NCBI GenBank assembly: GCA_964523015.1
Contig: CAZFXN010000011.1
Location: 1-63,502, forward strand
Source: an uncultured Bdellovibrionales bacterium
GTDB lineage: Bacteria; Bdellovibrionota_C; UBA2361; J135
Reading direction: 5' to 3'
Length of the DNA stretch: 63,502 nt
Numbering within the stretch: the first letter of the stretch is position 1; every line of letters begins with the position of its first letter. Below are positions 21,500 to 31,477 of this stretch, in pieces. A program made the translations under genes and the position numbers. The notes under the pieces are model-generated. The model worked only from the letters and a program-made list of their open reading frames with translations. It had not been told where the DNA came from and did not search any database.

Positions 21500-24400
21500 T
21501 CACTTTACTGTAAATAATTTCTTATCTTTATTTAAGTAAAGGCTCTGCATCTCAGTTAGATTAAGTGGTCTTGATCCAATTCTGCCAAACACACTTACCT
21601 GATGTCCTGTCTCATCAACTGCTCTATCTCGATCTAATCCTTTTGAAATTGCTAGTGCCGGACCGTGAGTATGTTTTAAAGCAATTAGTTTTGGTTTTAC
21701 CTCTGGAGAGAATCCGTAATAGGTTGGAACTCTTTCTGGATCAGTTAATTGTAAAATCTTAAAACCATTTATCCCGTCAGCTAGATATGCAAAGAGACTG
21801 GCGTTAGTGGTGGCAACCTTAACATCTGAAAGATCATTAATTGTCCCATCATCATTATATTTCATATATAACTTTGGCTTATCTGCCTTTTCAATATCAA
21901 TTATAACTAGTCCCTCTTTACCACCAGAAACATAGGCATAAGTTCGGGCTAAGTAGATATTTCGAGCATCACTGAGTGAGACAAGAGATCCTTTCACTTT
22001 AATTGGTTTATCTATGTCAGTAATATCAACTGAATGAAATCCATCTTTGTCAGTGACAAAAAGATACCGAAACTGAATTCGACTTGCAGTTGGATTATTA
22101 AACGGGATTTCGGCTCTTACTTTTGGAGAAAGTGGATTATCTAAATCAAGGATTACAATAGACTCAGGGGTTGAAACAAAGGCATTTGTTCCACCTAACT
22201 CAATATGAGTCGCTCCATTTAAAATTCCATCCTCATTCCAGGTTAATGCCCTCTTTAAAAAATTATTCCGTGGTTCAAAGTCGGCTAGAGTATCAACGTT
22301 CACTAAGATTAATCCCTCAACGCTATCAACGATTACAGCATAGTGATAAATTGGATGCATCTTAGTTTCTAAATTCTCTGGCAACTGATCTCTAAAAGGA
22401 GCAATCGGCATGGTTGTAGGGAGAGCAAAAGATGTCGCGTTTTTAGATGACACATGGGTATCCTGCCCAAGCGGTGAAACAGGGGAAGTAACAATTCTCT
22501 CTGAAAATCCTTTGTTAGCGATATTAGCTACATCATAAACTCTAAAACCAGCAGTCCCTGCAGTTGTGTAAAGATATTCACCTCGAAGCTGGATCGTATT
22601 TGTCACTCCTCCCGCACCGTGATGAGGATGACTTGTAGTGAGCTCTAATTTTTTATCTTGGTGAGCTTTAAAGAAATCAGGATAAGCATACCTATGTAGA
22701 TAACTTCCAATAACAGCTTGTGGCTCATCCCATTCTGTTACCTGGACTGCTTCAAGACCAGAATCTCCTGTGGCGACATAAGCATGGTATCCGATAAAGT
22801 TTACAAAATTTGTTCCAAAGAGTTGAAGTTGAGCCATGATTGCATTGTTGTCATTCTTTTTAGAAACGTGGCAATCGGCACACTGCTTTGTTTCAGTTGT
22901 GCGAACTGTGTGTGGAAAATGCGGAGCAAAGGCTTGAGAGCTGTGACCAGATGCCGCAGTTGGAGGCTGCTGTACGTAAATTTTTTGACGATTAATATCT
23001 GTAGAGCTTAAAACTAAAGCACTAGATGATCTAATCGGAACGATTTTTCCGTCCTTAGCTGGACCATGCCGTCCAATTTGAAACATATCATCTCTAGCTA
23101 CTTGTGGATTATAGCTAGCCCAGTTCCTAGTTTCTTTGCCATCATAATGCTTTGATTTTTGCTTCCAGTTAGCTTCTATTGGTAGATGGCATCCAGCGCA
23201 ACTTGTGACCCAGGAGCTATGACAGGTAAAACAAGCTACCTTTGTATCATCATGGGCTAATAATGATTTTCCGCTCTCGGTATTTAAAACATTTGAGACT
23301 GAAGCGTAGCCCGGTTTTGTATCTGATGGCCCAAGAGTTTTTACCAATTTAGCTTTGGCAGCTTTTTCATTATACCAGGGGCTTTTTGCATCTACGATAT
23401 CTCTGACCTGTTTAACCTTCCACTCTTTATCTTTATAAAGGTTCGATCTCTGTATAAGAGTGCTGCCATGCCATTCAAATCTAGGTTTTCCAAAAGGAGT
23501 GCGGGCTAAGGTAAGATCATTTCCCCCATCAGGAGATGCAGGACCACTTGTTAAAAGAGTAGATCTCTCTTTAACCGTACCGTGACAATCCTCACAGGTA
23601 ATTTCTACAGACTGAGCAACTTCCCCGTATATATGACCATCACCATGATTATCCTGGCCAAAGTGACAATCAACACTATGCATCCCCTTATCTAGATGAA
23701 TATCAGAGAGATGAACTGCTTTTTTAAATTTCTGTGGATCGGTGTCAGTGACTTTGGTGCCCTTTTTATCAAGGAGATTCCCCTTTCGATCTCTTTTAAA
23801 GATCGCTCTGAAATTCCAACCATGTCCATGGTAATCAGCAAACTGTGTATTATCTAACTTTGGATTAAGCTCACTAACTTTTTTTAGAAATTCAATATCA
23901 GTCCAATTTCCTCGGCTGGCCGCATCCTCTGGGTTATGACTAAGAGACTGAAATCTCTCCTCTGCTGTTGGGTATTTCTGTTTTTCTGGCCACATATGTG
24001 GAGCATCACTCTCGTAATCCCACATGGTGTAACCTAAATAGGTATTAACAAACATATTTGGCTGATGCATATGACAGATCATGCATTGGCTGGTTGGAAT
24101 GGCTCGAGTAAAAACATGACTTATCGGATGACCCTCTTCATCTTTTGGAATGGTAGGATCTTTAGTTTGTGTTTTTCCTTCGTGTCCAAATTTGGCATAG
24201 GGGCCAGAATGTCTCTCGTCCCGATCGTTGCCATAAATTACATGACATGAGGTGCAGCCACTATTTCTATAATCCCCTGGATGATCGTTGGTTCCCATTA
24301 AGGAAAGATGTGGATCATTAAGTCTGGTTTTATGAATATTAAGCACTGGCACAGAACTTCTAGATCCTGTTCCTGGGCCACGATTTGACTGCCTTACATC

Positions 24401-25186
24401 TGGTCGCCCTGCCTCCTCAAGTGGATTTGGATTTCCGATCTCAGGAAATTGAGATTTGATGAATAGACCGCCACGCTCAAATATTCTAAAATTATCTCCT
24501 GGTGATAGCGTTTCCCACTGCGGTAATGGCACAAGCTTATTAAGGGCGCCGCGACCTTTAACTCGATCATTGATTGACTCATCTATTACAGCTTGAGGTA
24601 TTCCATCCCGAGTATAACTCTCTCCAAGGATATAATTTTTGTACGGTAAGATATTATTATTATAAGAGGCTCCACCAAAGAACATTGCTGAAGTAGTCAT
24701 TAAACTTCTCTTTACCGCTACTACTGTTTCAGCATGACAACCACCACACGTCTCTGGAGCGACTCTAAGATCTCCAGGATTCATAAATTTAACAAATTCG
24801 GGTGATTCCTTTAGCAAATTGGAATAGGAGCGTTTTGGATTAGCTGATGTGGGCCAATTCTCAGGATGTCGGGGCGAAACGTGGGCTAGTTTTTTTGTAT
24901 GATTATATTCCGGTCCATGTAGTGTTGTATTATTAGGTAATCTTACTTTTGGATCGCCTCCATGACAGTGGGCACACCCTATTTGAACTGCTGGATTTGT
25001 ATGCATCGATGGGGCGTCAGTTTTAGTATGACAATCAAAACAGCCAATACTTCCCTCTTTTACTTCCTCTTCTGTAAGCCCTGGTTTTATTGGATCAATT
25101 AGCGGATCCGCTGACGCAGAAATGGCTGCGACAAAAAGAGTAAACAGGGAAATATTTAGCAATCTTAAAATCATCCTTAAAATCAT
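21500..25186 (-). CDS. Secreted multiheme cytochrome c with C-terminal LVIVD-repeat propeller
   Basis: Signal peptide; 9 CxxCH plus one SxxCH; repeats YVATGDSGLEAV, YLYTTAGTAGFRVYDV, YAYVSGGKEGLVIIDI, AYLADGINGFKILQL. Confidence 0.88.
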   Translation of the reverse strand: MILRMILRLLNISLFTLFVAAISASADPLIDPIKPGLTEEEVKEGSIGCFDCHTKTDAPSMHTNPAVQIGCAHCHGGDPKVRLPNNTTLHGPEYNHTKKLAHVSPRHPENWPTSANPKRSYSNLLKESPEFVKFMNPGDLRVAPETCGGCHAETVVAVKRSLMTTSAMFFGGASYNNNILPYKNYILGESYTRDGIPQAVIDESINDRVKGRGALNKLVPLPQWETLSPGDNFRIFERGGLFIKSQFPEIGNPNPLEEAGRPDVRQSNRGPGTGSRSSVPVLNIHKTRLNDPHLSLMGTNDHPGDYRNSGCTSCHVIYGNDRDERHSGPYAKFGHEGKTQTKDPTIPKDEEGHPISHVFTRAIPTSQCMICHMHQPNMFVNTYLGYTMWDYESDAPHMWPEKQKYPTAEERFQSLSHNPEDAASRGNWTDIEFLKKVSELNPKLDNTQFADYHGHGWNFRAIFKRDRKGNLLDKKGTKVTDTDPQKFKKAVHLSDIHLDKGMHSVDCHFGQDNHGDGHIYGEVAQSVEITCEDCHGTVKERSTLLTSGPASPDGGNDLTLARTPFGKPRFEWHGSTLIQRSNLYKDKEWKVKQVRDIVDAKSPWYNEKAAKAKLVKTLGPSDTKPGYASVSNVLNTESGKSLLAHDDTKVACFTCHSSWVTSCAGCHLPIEANWKQKSKHYDGKETRNWASYNPQVARDDMFQIGRHGPAKDGKIVPIRSSSALVLSSTDINRQKIYVQQPPTAASGHSSQAFAPHFPHTVRTTETKQCADCHVSKKNDNNAIMAQLQLFGTNFVNFIGYHAYVATGDSGLEAVQVTEWDEPQAVIGSYLHRYAYPDFFKAHQDKKLELTTSHPHHGAGGVTNTIQLRGEYLYTTAGTAGFRVYDVANIANKGFSERIVTSPVSPLGQDTHVSSKNATSFALPTTMPIAPFRDQLPENLETKMHPIYHYAVIVDSVEGLILVNVDTLADFEPRNNFLKRALTWNEDGILNGATHIELGGTNAFVSTPESIVILDLDNPLSPKVRAEIPFNNPTASRIQFRYLFVTDKDGFHSVDITDIDKPIKVKGSLVSLSDARNIYLARTYAYVSGGKEGLVIIDIEKADKPKLYMKYNDDGTINDLSDVKVATTNASLFAYLADGINGFKILQLTDPERVPTYYGFSPEVKPKLIALKHTHGPALAISKGLDRDRAVDETGHQVSVFGRIGSRPLNLTEMQSLYLNKDKKLFTVK

Positions 25187-25189
25187 CTC

Positions 25190-26950
25190 TTAGTATTCAA
25201 GTATTAGATTAGTAAAAAGTGTATATAAGGTTTCGTCACCATAAAGATTTTTTACTCCATCTTTTGGTTCTAGTGCTGAGGCACCAAATCGAAACTGAAT
25301 ATTATTATTTAAAAATGGTCGGTAAAGTATTCCAGCAGAAAAATCAAAACCTATATCTCTATTAAAGGATCCGTCCTGCCTTAATGCGTTAAGAGTTTCT
25401 ACCTGATCAAATTGCAGGTAGCTAATGTTGGTAATAAGCTTAAGCTGAGGCAGAACTTCAAAATCAGCACCAACATTTAAAAGTCTTATCCCAGGGTTTA
25501 CATAATTAGATTGCCCCTCCTCTTTACCAGCTCTTAAATTTGGCAAGAAACTGTTACGATTTACTAAAAAAACTTCACCCCCTCCGATAAGAGGGAGAGC
25601 TTGTCTTTGCCAATAAGAGAGATCCCCACCAGCAAAGTTAGGATTATCAACAATAGCATCAAACCCAGTCGCTCGATCATCATATGGATCACTATCACCA
25701 GATGCCCATAACGCAGAAGCTCTCAGTCTTATCCAATCAATATCGTATGAGATCTCTTGGGCAAACATAAAGGCACTAACGTTAACCTTCTGAGCAGCAA
25801 TTGGATTATGACTCTCTGACCCGGTTACATAATATGCGGCACTAGTTGTGTTAATCCTATCAATATGGCCATCTGCAGTCAGACCAAAATAAGTTGAATA
25901 AATATTCTTCTCTCTCTCATCCCCTATCGAAGCTGGTCTTCTTAAAAATCCATTTTCATCATAGTGAAAACCGTAATCTCCAGCAGTGTCCTCCCTATAG
26001 ATTACGCTTCCAGAAATTTGATGACCATGTACTGGCCAGTCTTGACGGTATAGATTTCCAACGAAAACTTTCTCATGTCTTGAATCAAATGTGTTAATTC
26101 CAGAATTAGTATCTTTATCTAACCTTGAAAAGGCAGCTAAATTATATTGCCAAAGATTATTTTCGGAATTTCCAAAAAGACGTAAACCAGGGGCTGAATC
26201 AGTAAAAACAAATCCTCTAAAATCACTTTGAAACTGCTGAATACCAACCCGTGATGAGATAAAATCATACTGAGGTGAGATATTCGCCAGGTGAACGTCA
26301 GCAAATAGATCTAAAAATCCAACATGCTCATCATCACGATCTTTTCCTTCAGATGGATCAATATTTAGGACACCGGTCTCCTCAGATTCAACATGATTAA
26401 AATTAATTACTGGAATTGCTCTTAGTTCAAATTCAGGTGGCTTAAATGTCGTATTCCCTCTAATCAAGGAAAAAGAAGGAATAATATTTTGAACTGCAAT
26501 ACTTAGTGAACCATTCCCGATTGTATTTAAACGGCCTGATTCAGATGTTGAAGCCACACCCACTGGCAAAGCTATTTTAGATCTCTCAAACATAGTGTCT
26601 GAGATAACTCCCATCTCTAAAAACCACTCATGCCCAGGGGATCCGAAAACCGGAATGTCTCCCTTTAATACATTTTGGTTATATGGATCGTACCATTTAC
26701 CTGTATAAAACTGCCTCCATCGATCTGGCACCGGCACAAATTCAGAAGCTGAGGAATTAATATCTGGCACGGACTCATATATAAATGGTCGAAAGATTGT
26801 TTTATCTTCACTGCCAGGACGCTGACGTATCTCTGAATCAGTTTCTGCTTTTAAAAAAGTAGTAAGGTATAAAGATAGGACTATAGTCGCAATCGTAATA
26901 GATTTTAAGGGCTTTAAGGAGTTCAGTAAGATTATGAACTTAAAATTCAT
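25190..26950 (-). CDS. Putative outer-membrane beta-barrel protein
   Basis: Signal peptide, alternating amphipathic strands rich in aromatics, C-terminal ...FTNLILEY (BAM-type signal). Confidence 0.7.
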   Translation of the reverse strand: MNFKFIILLNSLKPLKSITIATIVLSLYLTTFLKAETDSEIRQRPGSEDKTIFRPFIYESVPDINSSASEFVPVPDRWRQFYTGKWYDPYNQNVLKGDIPVFGSPGHEWFLEMGVISDTMFERSKIALPVGVASTSESGRLNTIGNGSLSIAVQNIIPSFSLIRGNTTFKPPEFELRAIPVINFNHVESEETGVLNIDPSEGKDRDDEHVGFLDLFADVHLANISPQYDFISSRVGIQQFQSDFRGFVFTDSAPGLRLFGNSENNLWQYNLAAFSRLDKDTNSGINTFDSRHEKVFVGNLYRQDWPVHGHQISGSVIYREDTAGDYGFHYDENGFLRRPASIGDEREKNIYSTYFGLTADGHIDRINTTSAAYYVTGSESHNPIAAQKVNVSAFMFAQEISYDIDWIRLRASALWASGDSDPYDDRATGFDAIVDNPNFAGGDLSYWQRQALPLIGGGEVFLVNRNSFLPNLRAGKEEGQSNYVNPGIRLLNVGADFEVLPQLKLITNISYLQFDQVETLNALRQDGSFNRDIGFDFSAGILYRPFLNNNIQFRFGASALEPKDGVKNLYGDETLYTLFTNLILEY

Positions 26951-26953
26951 TAA

Positions 26954-28942
26954 CTATAATCCCTCACATACTCTTTGCTCATTAGACCCTCTAAAAGGAC
27001 CCTCTGGACAATTAACATACCGTAATCGAGTATTTGGTAGCGGTCCAAGCACAGTATCTGACCGTATATCTTTAGGAGCATTAAATCCTATCACTGGATC
27101 ACCCAAAGCATTTTGCCCAATTGCGTCAAGCCCCAAACGACTTGGGCTATAAAATGCAACTAAATCATCTTGATCAACACCATCTCCACTAATACCGATT
27201 GCACCAATCAACGTACCATTTCTATATAGTGGAACAGAGCCTGGGAAGATCTGAATTCCATTTCGTAATCGCCCTCTAAAGACTGAAGTATCTGTACAAC
27301 TATCAGGAACAGCACTTGGTGGGTTTTGTGGAATTCCAAGCGGCTGAACAGTTCTTTGAAAAACCAAATCAAGCTCTAATCCAGTATTAAATGGACTAAA
27401 TGTTCGCCCAGACAGCACACCTGGAAATGGTAAAGAAAAAGGGCCAGGAGCAGATCCATCAATGCCATCTAAGAAAAATGGCCGAGCTATATTTCCGATA
27501 GCTCTATTTGAAAATGCTATGGTTCCGTTAAAAACTTCACGACCAAAAAAAGCGCGAGCTAGACCAGCATAATCACTAAACTCTCCGACTCCATTTCGTG
27601 CCCGAGCTGCATCTAGGGATATTGCAGCATCAGGGGAGCTAAAAAATGCTGCAGTACGGGCTTTTTGAAGGGCCACATCGATACCAAATACAGGAGCATC
27701 ATTACTTCTAACCATTCCAAGAGGTGACCCCTCAGTATCAACGATAAAGATAGTTACCTCAGCATCAAAATCAAGTGGTTGTCTGATAGCTGCTCTAGTT
27801 CTTGATGCTGTCAAAAGTGCAGAATTTAAAAGAGCGTCAACTTCTAAAGAGGTAAGCTCCAATCCGCCTAAAAGCGATTTACCGCTCCTTGTTGGAAATC
27901 TTGGTGTTCCAGCTTCGTCAGTCAAAATAGCGCCCCTTAATCCTGCTCGCTCTATTTTTAAAATACCTGAACTGGCAGTACCAAACGTAGCACCAGCTTT
28001 AATGTTTCCATCAAAATAAAAAGGAATCTTTATTAAATTAGTCGTTACAATTACTGGCAGAACTTCAGGTAATGGATCCAAATCATCATAACTAAGATCC
28101 ACTGTTCTTAAAGATTTTCCTAGCGCAAAAATCCTATCCCCTGTTCTCTCTGAGGGTATTTCAAAACCATTTCGCCCGGCGATTAATGCGATTCTTTCTT
28201 CAAGGGAATTATCAGTATCAATAATGTTTCGATCTAATGTGTATGCTCCATCAAGCTCTACACCTATACCACCTACTACATCTCCAAATTTATAAAGGGG
28301 AATTCCTCCAGGATCAGCACTAAGCCCAAGTGGTAAAGATCTAGGTCCTACCAATCTAGGAGCTTTAAATTTAGAACCTGCTGAGATACCTCCAAGTAGA
28401 TCAGGGTTAATTGTTGTTACGTCTCCACAGATCAGTTGTGAGAACTGAACTCCAAATAGTGGTCCTCCAGGCTGATTTCCTTCTCCTGGGTTAAAGTGCT
28501 CCTGAATAATCTGACTGGCTGTTCGAGTTGAAAAAGCATTTCCTTGTGAACTTAAATAAGCTCCTGTTCCAGCTTTTGATATTGCAGCGATAACTGAAGG
28601 AACGCCTACACCTTCAAGTCCACCTACTGCGCCAATTTGACCATTGATTGTGGTAATTGCAGTAGCTCCAGGCATGGCATACACAGCTAATACATTACCT
28701 ACCCTATCTACGATTGAAAATGTTGCGGCGACTCCTAACTGCTCGGCTGCGGCGATGCCTTGTTGTAATACTTTGGTGACATCTTCTGTTGTAAGGTTAA
28801 AATTAGTACAGGTACCAGCACACCCATAATTAGCTCCACTAAATCCGGAGGCTCGACCATACTGTCCACCGTCACTACCACCACCTCCACAACCAAATAT
28901 ACAAACAGTGGACGCAATCAATACAACTAATGACTTAAACAT
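26954..28942 (-). CDS. Lipoprotein with two GlcG/HbpS (heme-degrading-like) domains
   Basis: Lipobox IFGC + Gly linker; SIVDRVGNVL..AISKAGTG..PGGIPLYKFGDVVGGIGV and FIVDTEG..ALQKARTA..FPGSVPLYRNGTLIGAIGISGDGVDQDD. Confidence 0.82.
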   Translation of the reverse strand: MFKSLVVLIASTVCIFGCGGGGSDGGQYGRASGFSGANYGCAGTCTNFNLTTEDVTKVLQQGIAAAEQLGVAATFSIVDRVGNVLAVYAMPGATAITTINGQIGAVGGLEGVGVPSVIAAISKAGTGAYLSSQGNAFSTRTASQIIQEHFNPGEGNQPGGPLFGVQFSQLICGDVTTINPDLLGGISAGSKFKAPRLVGPRSLPLGLSADPGGIPLYKFGDVVGGIGVELDGAYTLDRNIIDTDNSLEERIALIAGRNGFEIPSERTGDRIFALGKSLRTVDLSYDDLDPLPEVLPVIVTTNLIKIPFYFDGNIKAGATFGTASSGILKIERAGLRGAILTDEAGTPRFPTRSGKSLLGGLELTSLEVDALLNSALLTASRTRAAIRQPLDFDAEVTIFIVDTEGSPLGMVRSNDAPVFGIDVALQKARTAAFFSSPDAAISLDAARARNGVGEFSDYAGLARAFFGREVFNGTIAFSNRAIGNIARPFFLDGIDGSAPGPFSLPFPGVLSGRTFSPFNTGLELDLVFQRTVQPLGIPQNPPSAVPDSCTDTSVFRGRLRNGIQIFPGSVPLYRNGTLIGAIGISGDGVDQDDLVAFYSPSRLGLDAIGQNALGDPVIGFNAPKDIRSDTVLGPLPNTRLRYVNCPEGPFRGSNEQRVCEGL

Positions 28943-30652
28943 CTATTTCCTTTTATTAAGCGACACAACTATATCTTTAAGAGATCTCTTTTCATTATGA
29001 TTCATAGTCAAAGATTCATGATATGAGTGGCACATAACGCAATTTGATTTAATAAAACCGCTACTAGCTGTAGCACTATGACACTCCTGACACGTTTCTA
29101 TCCCAGGGAGAAACAGATCTTTTGTGCTAGTTGATTCGGCAACTGAATGAGTAGCTAAATTATGACAAGATTCACACTGCACCTCATCATGTGCACCATG
29201 ACTAAAAGTAGAGGCCGGGAACCATTTGCTTGGGATCTCCGGTGTCAATAATTTAAACCGACTCTGGGTTCCATCAAAATTAACATCCTTATTTTCGATA
29301 CTAACTTCCACACTAACATGGCATAATTGACAAGCAGTTTTAGTAAAAAGTTGCTCTTCGGCACTTCTTGATTCTTTTGAGATGTTTGATTTAGTAAAAG
29401 TAACAACTTTGCTCGTCTCTCTTTCTACTGTAAATCCAGGTTTTCTCCTTACATTAAACTCTTCATCCTCTTTGGGACTACTTCCACCACCAAGAGCTAA
29501 TTTTGCATACTCTGCATATAGGTAACTATAAACAAGGTTAGGATCGCCATGTGGTACTTCTTTGTTAGGAAGTCGATCATCAAATGACAGTGGATGGCAA
29601 CTCTTACAATCTCTCTCAAAGGAGATTGGCTCAATTACTTTTCGATCTTTCCCTAATCTATGACAATCAGAACAGTTAAGATCCACTTCACCCTCTGGTC
29701 CGCGAATTCCTTTTTCAAGATGAACCTTGTGGTTAAGTTTAATTGGAGTTGGATCAGTCAGAGATTCCCTATCCTCAAGACTAATCCGGGCGAATTCTTT
29801 CCCCTCAGAATCTTTCCGTATTGAGGCTTTAAATTGAGGATGACTATCAAAGGAATCGATATTTTCTAATTTAGTTTCAGGATTAATATTAGTAATATCT
29901 CCGTGGCAACTACTACAAAGTGCAGAAGCCTGATCTACTAAATGATGATTACCATTATGTTCAGTGTGGCAAGTCGCGCAACTTATATCTAAATCCTCAT
30001 TGGCGGAAATTAATCTTGGCAACGTTGGTGAGTGATCAGTCATAACGTGACAACTCATACATTTTGAATCGGGTACAGCATGGAAAGCTTTTTCATGACA
30101 GGCGCTACAATCCTGCTCAATCATTTTATGATTATTTGAGATCGGCCCACTACTCCAAGAACCTTTATTAACTCCAATTACTGGTAGGATAAAAAATAGA
30201 ATAGCTACTATGCCTGCAAATCCTAAGCAGAGATTTCTAAGTGTTGGGATATGACTTTCTATAGAGAGAGCTGTTACTAATTTGTTGGCCTGCTCCTCCG
30301 GATCAACATCCAAATCATCCCTTCTCTCCTCAGTAAGGTGTATCTCGTTATTTTCTATCTCAACTGCGATTGAGATATCGGAGAGCTTAAGAATGTCTCC
30401 GGTTTTAAGCCTGGCATTAACAATCTTAGCATTATTAAGGAAAACGCCACTACTGCTATCAAGATCATAAACATATGGAACATTGTCAGATACCTGAATA
30501 CTGACATGTTCTAATGAGACAAGTTTACTTTCAAGCAGGATAGCTGAGGCACCACCTCTTCCAATCACAATTGGGAAAGTATCAAACTGACTCGATTTGA
30601 TCTCAGTCTGACCATTCTTTTTTATCGTATGTATTGTATATTTTAGCTTCAT
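28943..30652 (-). CDS. FHA domain - TM - decaheme cytochrome c3-like protein
   Basis: FHA motifs IGRG, VSLEH, DLDSSSGVFLN; one TM helix; 10 CxxCH motifs. Confidence 0.88.
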   Translation of the reverse strand: MKLKYTIHTIKKNGQTEIKSSQFDTFPIVIGRGGASAILLESKLVSLEHVSIQVSDNVPYVYDLDSSSGVFLNNAKIVNARLKTGDILKLSDISIAVEIENNEIHLTEERRDDLDVDPEEQANKLVTALSIESHIPTLRNLCLGFAGIVAILFFILPVIGVNKGSWSSGPISNNHKMIEQDCSACHEKAFHAVPDSKCMSCHVMTDHSPTLPRLISANEDLDISCATCHTEHNGNHHLVDQASALCSSCHGDITNINPETKLENIDSFDSHPQFKASIRKDSEGKEFARISLEDRESLTDPTPIKLNHKVHLEKGIRGPEGEVDLNCSDCHRLGKDRKVIEPISFERDCKSCHPLSFDDRLPNKEVPHGDPNLVYSYLYAEYAKLALGGGSSPKEDEEFNVRRKPGFTVERETSKVVTFTKSNISKESRSAEEQLFTKTACQLCHVSVEVSIENKDVNFDGTQSRFKLLTPEIPSKWFPASTFSHGAHDEVQCESCHNLATHSVAESTSTKDLFLPGIETCQECHSATASSGFIKSNCVMCHSYHESLTMNHNEKRSLKDIVVSLNKRK

Positions 30653-30658
30653 TCCAAT

Positions 30659-31477
30659 CTAACGATAATAAAAGATTGAAATTATATGGATAACCATAAC
30701 AGCAAATGCTGCTACAGCTATCGGGACATGCAGATAAAGCCAAAGCTTTAACCAAAAATGTACTCGGGTTTCCTCGATAATTAAATTTGCCAATTCATAT
30801 TTGCGATTAATAAGCCCAATCAGGTTTACCCCTTCATCTTTCTCAGAGGGATTAAGATCTGAGACAAATGCGGCAACATCCCTAGGTACAGGTGCAGACA
30901 TCATTGATTGACATAAAGCACGCTTTAAAGTCGGTTGAAAAGTAAAATCAAACATCCTAGTCAGATCAATAAATTTTTTCGACTTTTGAATAGTTAAGGC
31001 ATCTATAGATGATGAAATTATATCAAGTTGCTGTAACAGTTCTTTTAGATTTCCTTTCCCCCTGTGCGACCCTACTTCAGGGGCTAACGAGAAATAGTTT
31101 ATTGCTCCCCAAATTCCAGTAAAGATAGCTAATACCATTAATATGTAAGCTAAGGTGTGAACATTGGCCCCAAAACTAAATCCCGAATGAAGAGGAACTA
31201 GAAATAATAAAAAGATACCGAGCCAGACATGAACAGCCAACGCTCCTTTTAGTGTTGTCTTACTTGAAAAAAAACTTCTCTTTCTTATGCCAAACCACAT
31301 AAGAACACACATTCCAAGTGCAGCAATTATTCCATAACTGTACCCTAACCAGGTCCCACCATTTGGAGCTCCTATAGGATCATGAAGTGCATAGATAATA
31401 AGCACTACTATCAGTGCACCCAGATGAATCCAGAGCCAGAGAAAATTTTTGTAATTTAAAATTGTCTCCTGTCTCAC
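30659..31477 (-). CDS. Polytopic membrane protein with His residues in TM helices (putative b-type cytochrome)
   Basis: Several TM helices; AVHVWLG, VPLHSG, WLYLHVP, VIHII; translationally coupled to the upstream oxidoreductase. Confidence 0.65.
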   Translation of the reverse strand: MRQETILNYKNFLWLWIHLGALIVVLIIYALHDPIGAPNGGTWLGYSYGIIAALGMCVLMWFGIRKRSFFSSKTTLKGALAVHVWLGIFLLFLVPLHSGFSFGANVHTLAYILMVLAIFTGIWGAINYFSLAPEVGSHRGKGNLKELLQQLDIISSSIDALTIQKSKKFIDLTRMFDFTFQPTLKRALCQSMMSAPVPRDVAAFVSDLNPSEKDEGVNLIGLINRKYELANLIIEETRVHFWLKLWLYLHVPIAVAAFAVMVIHIISIFYYR

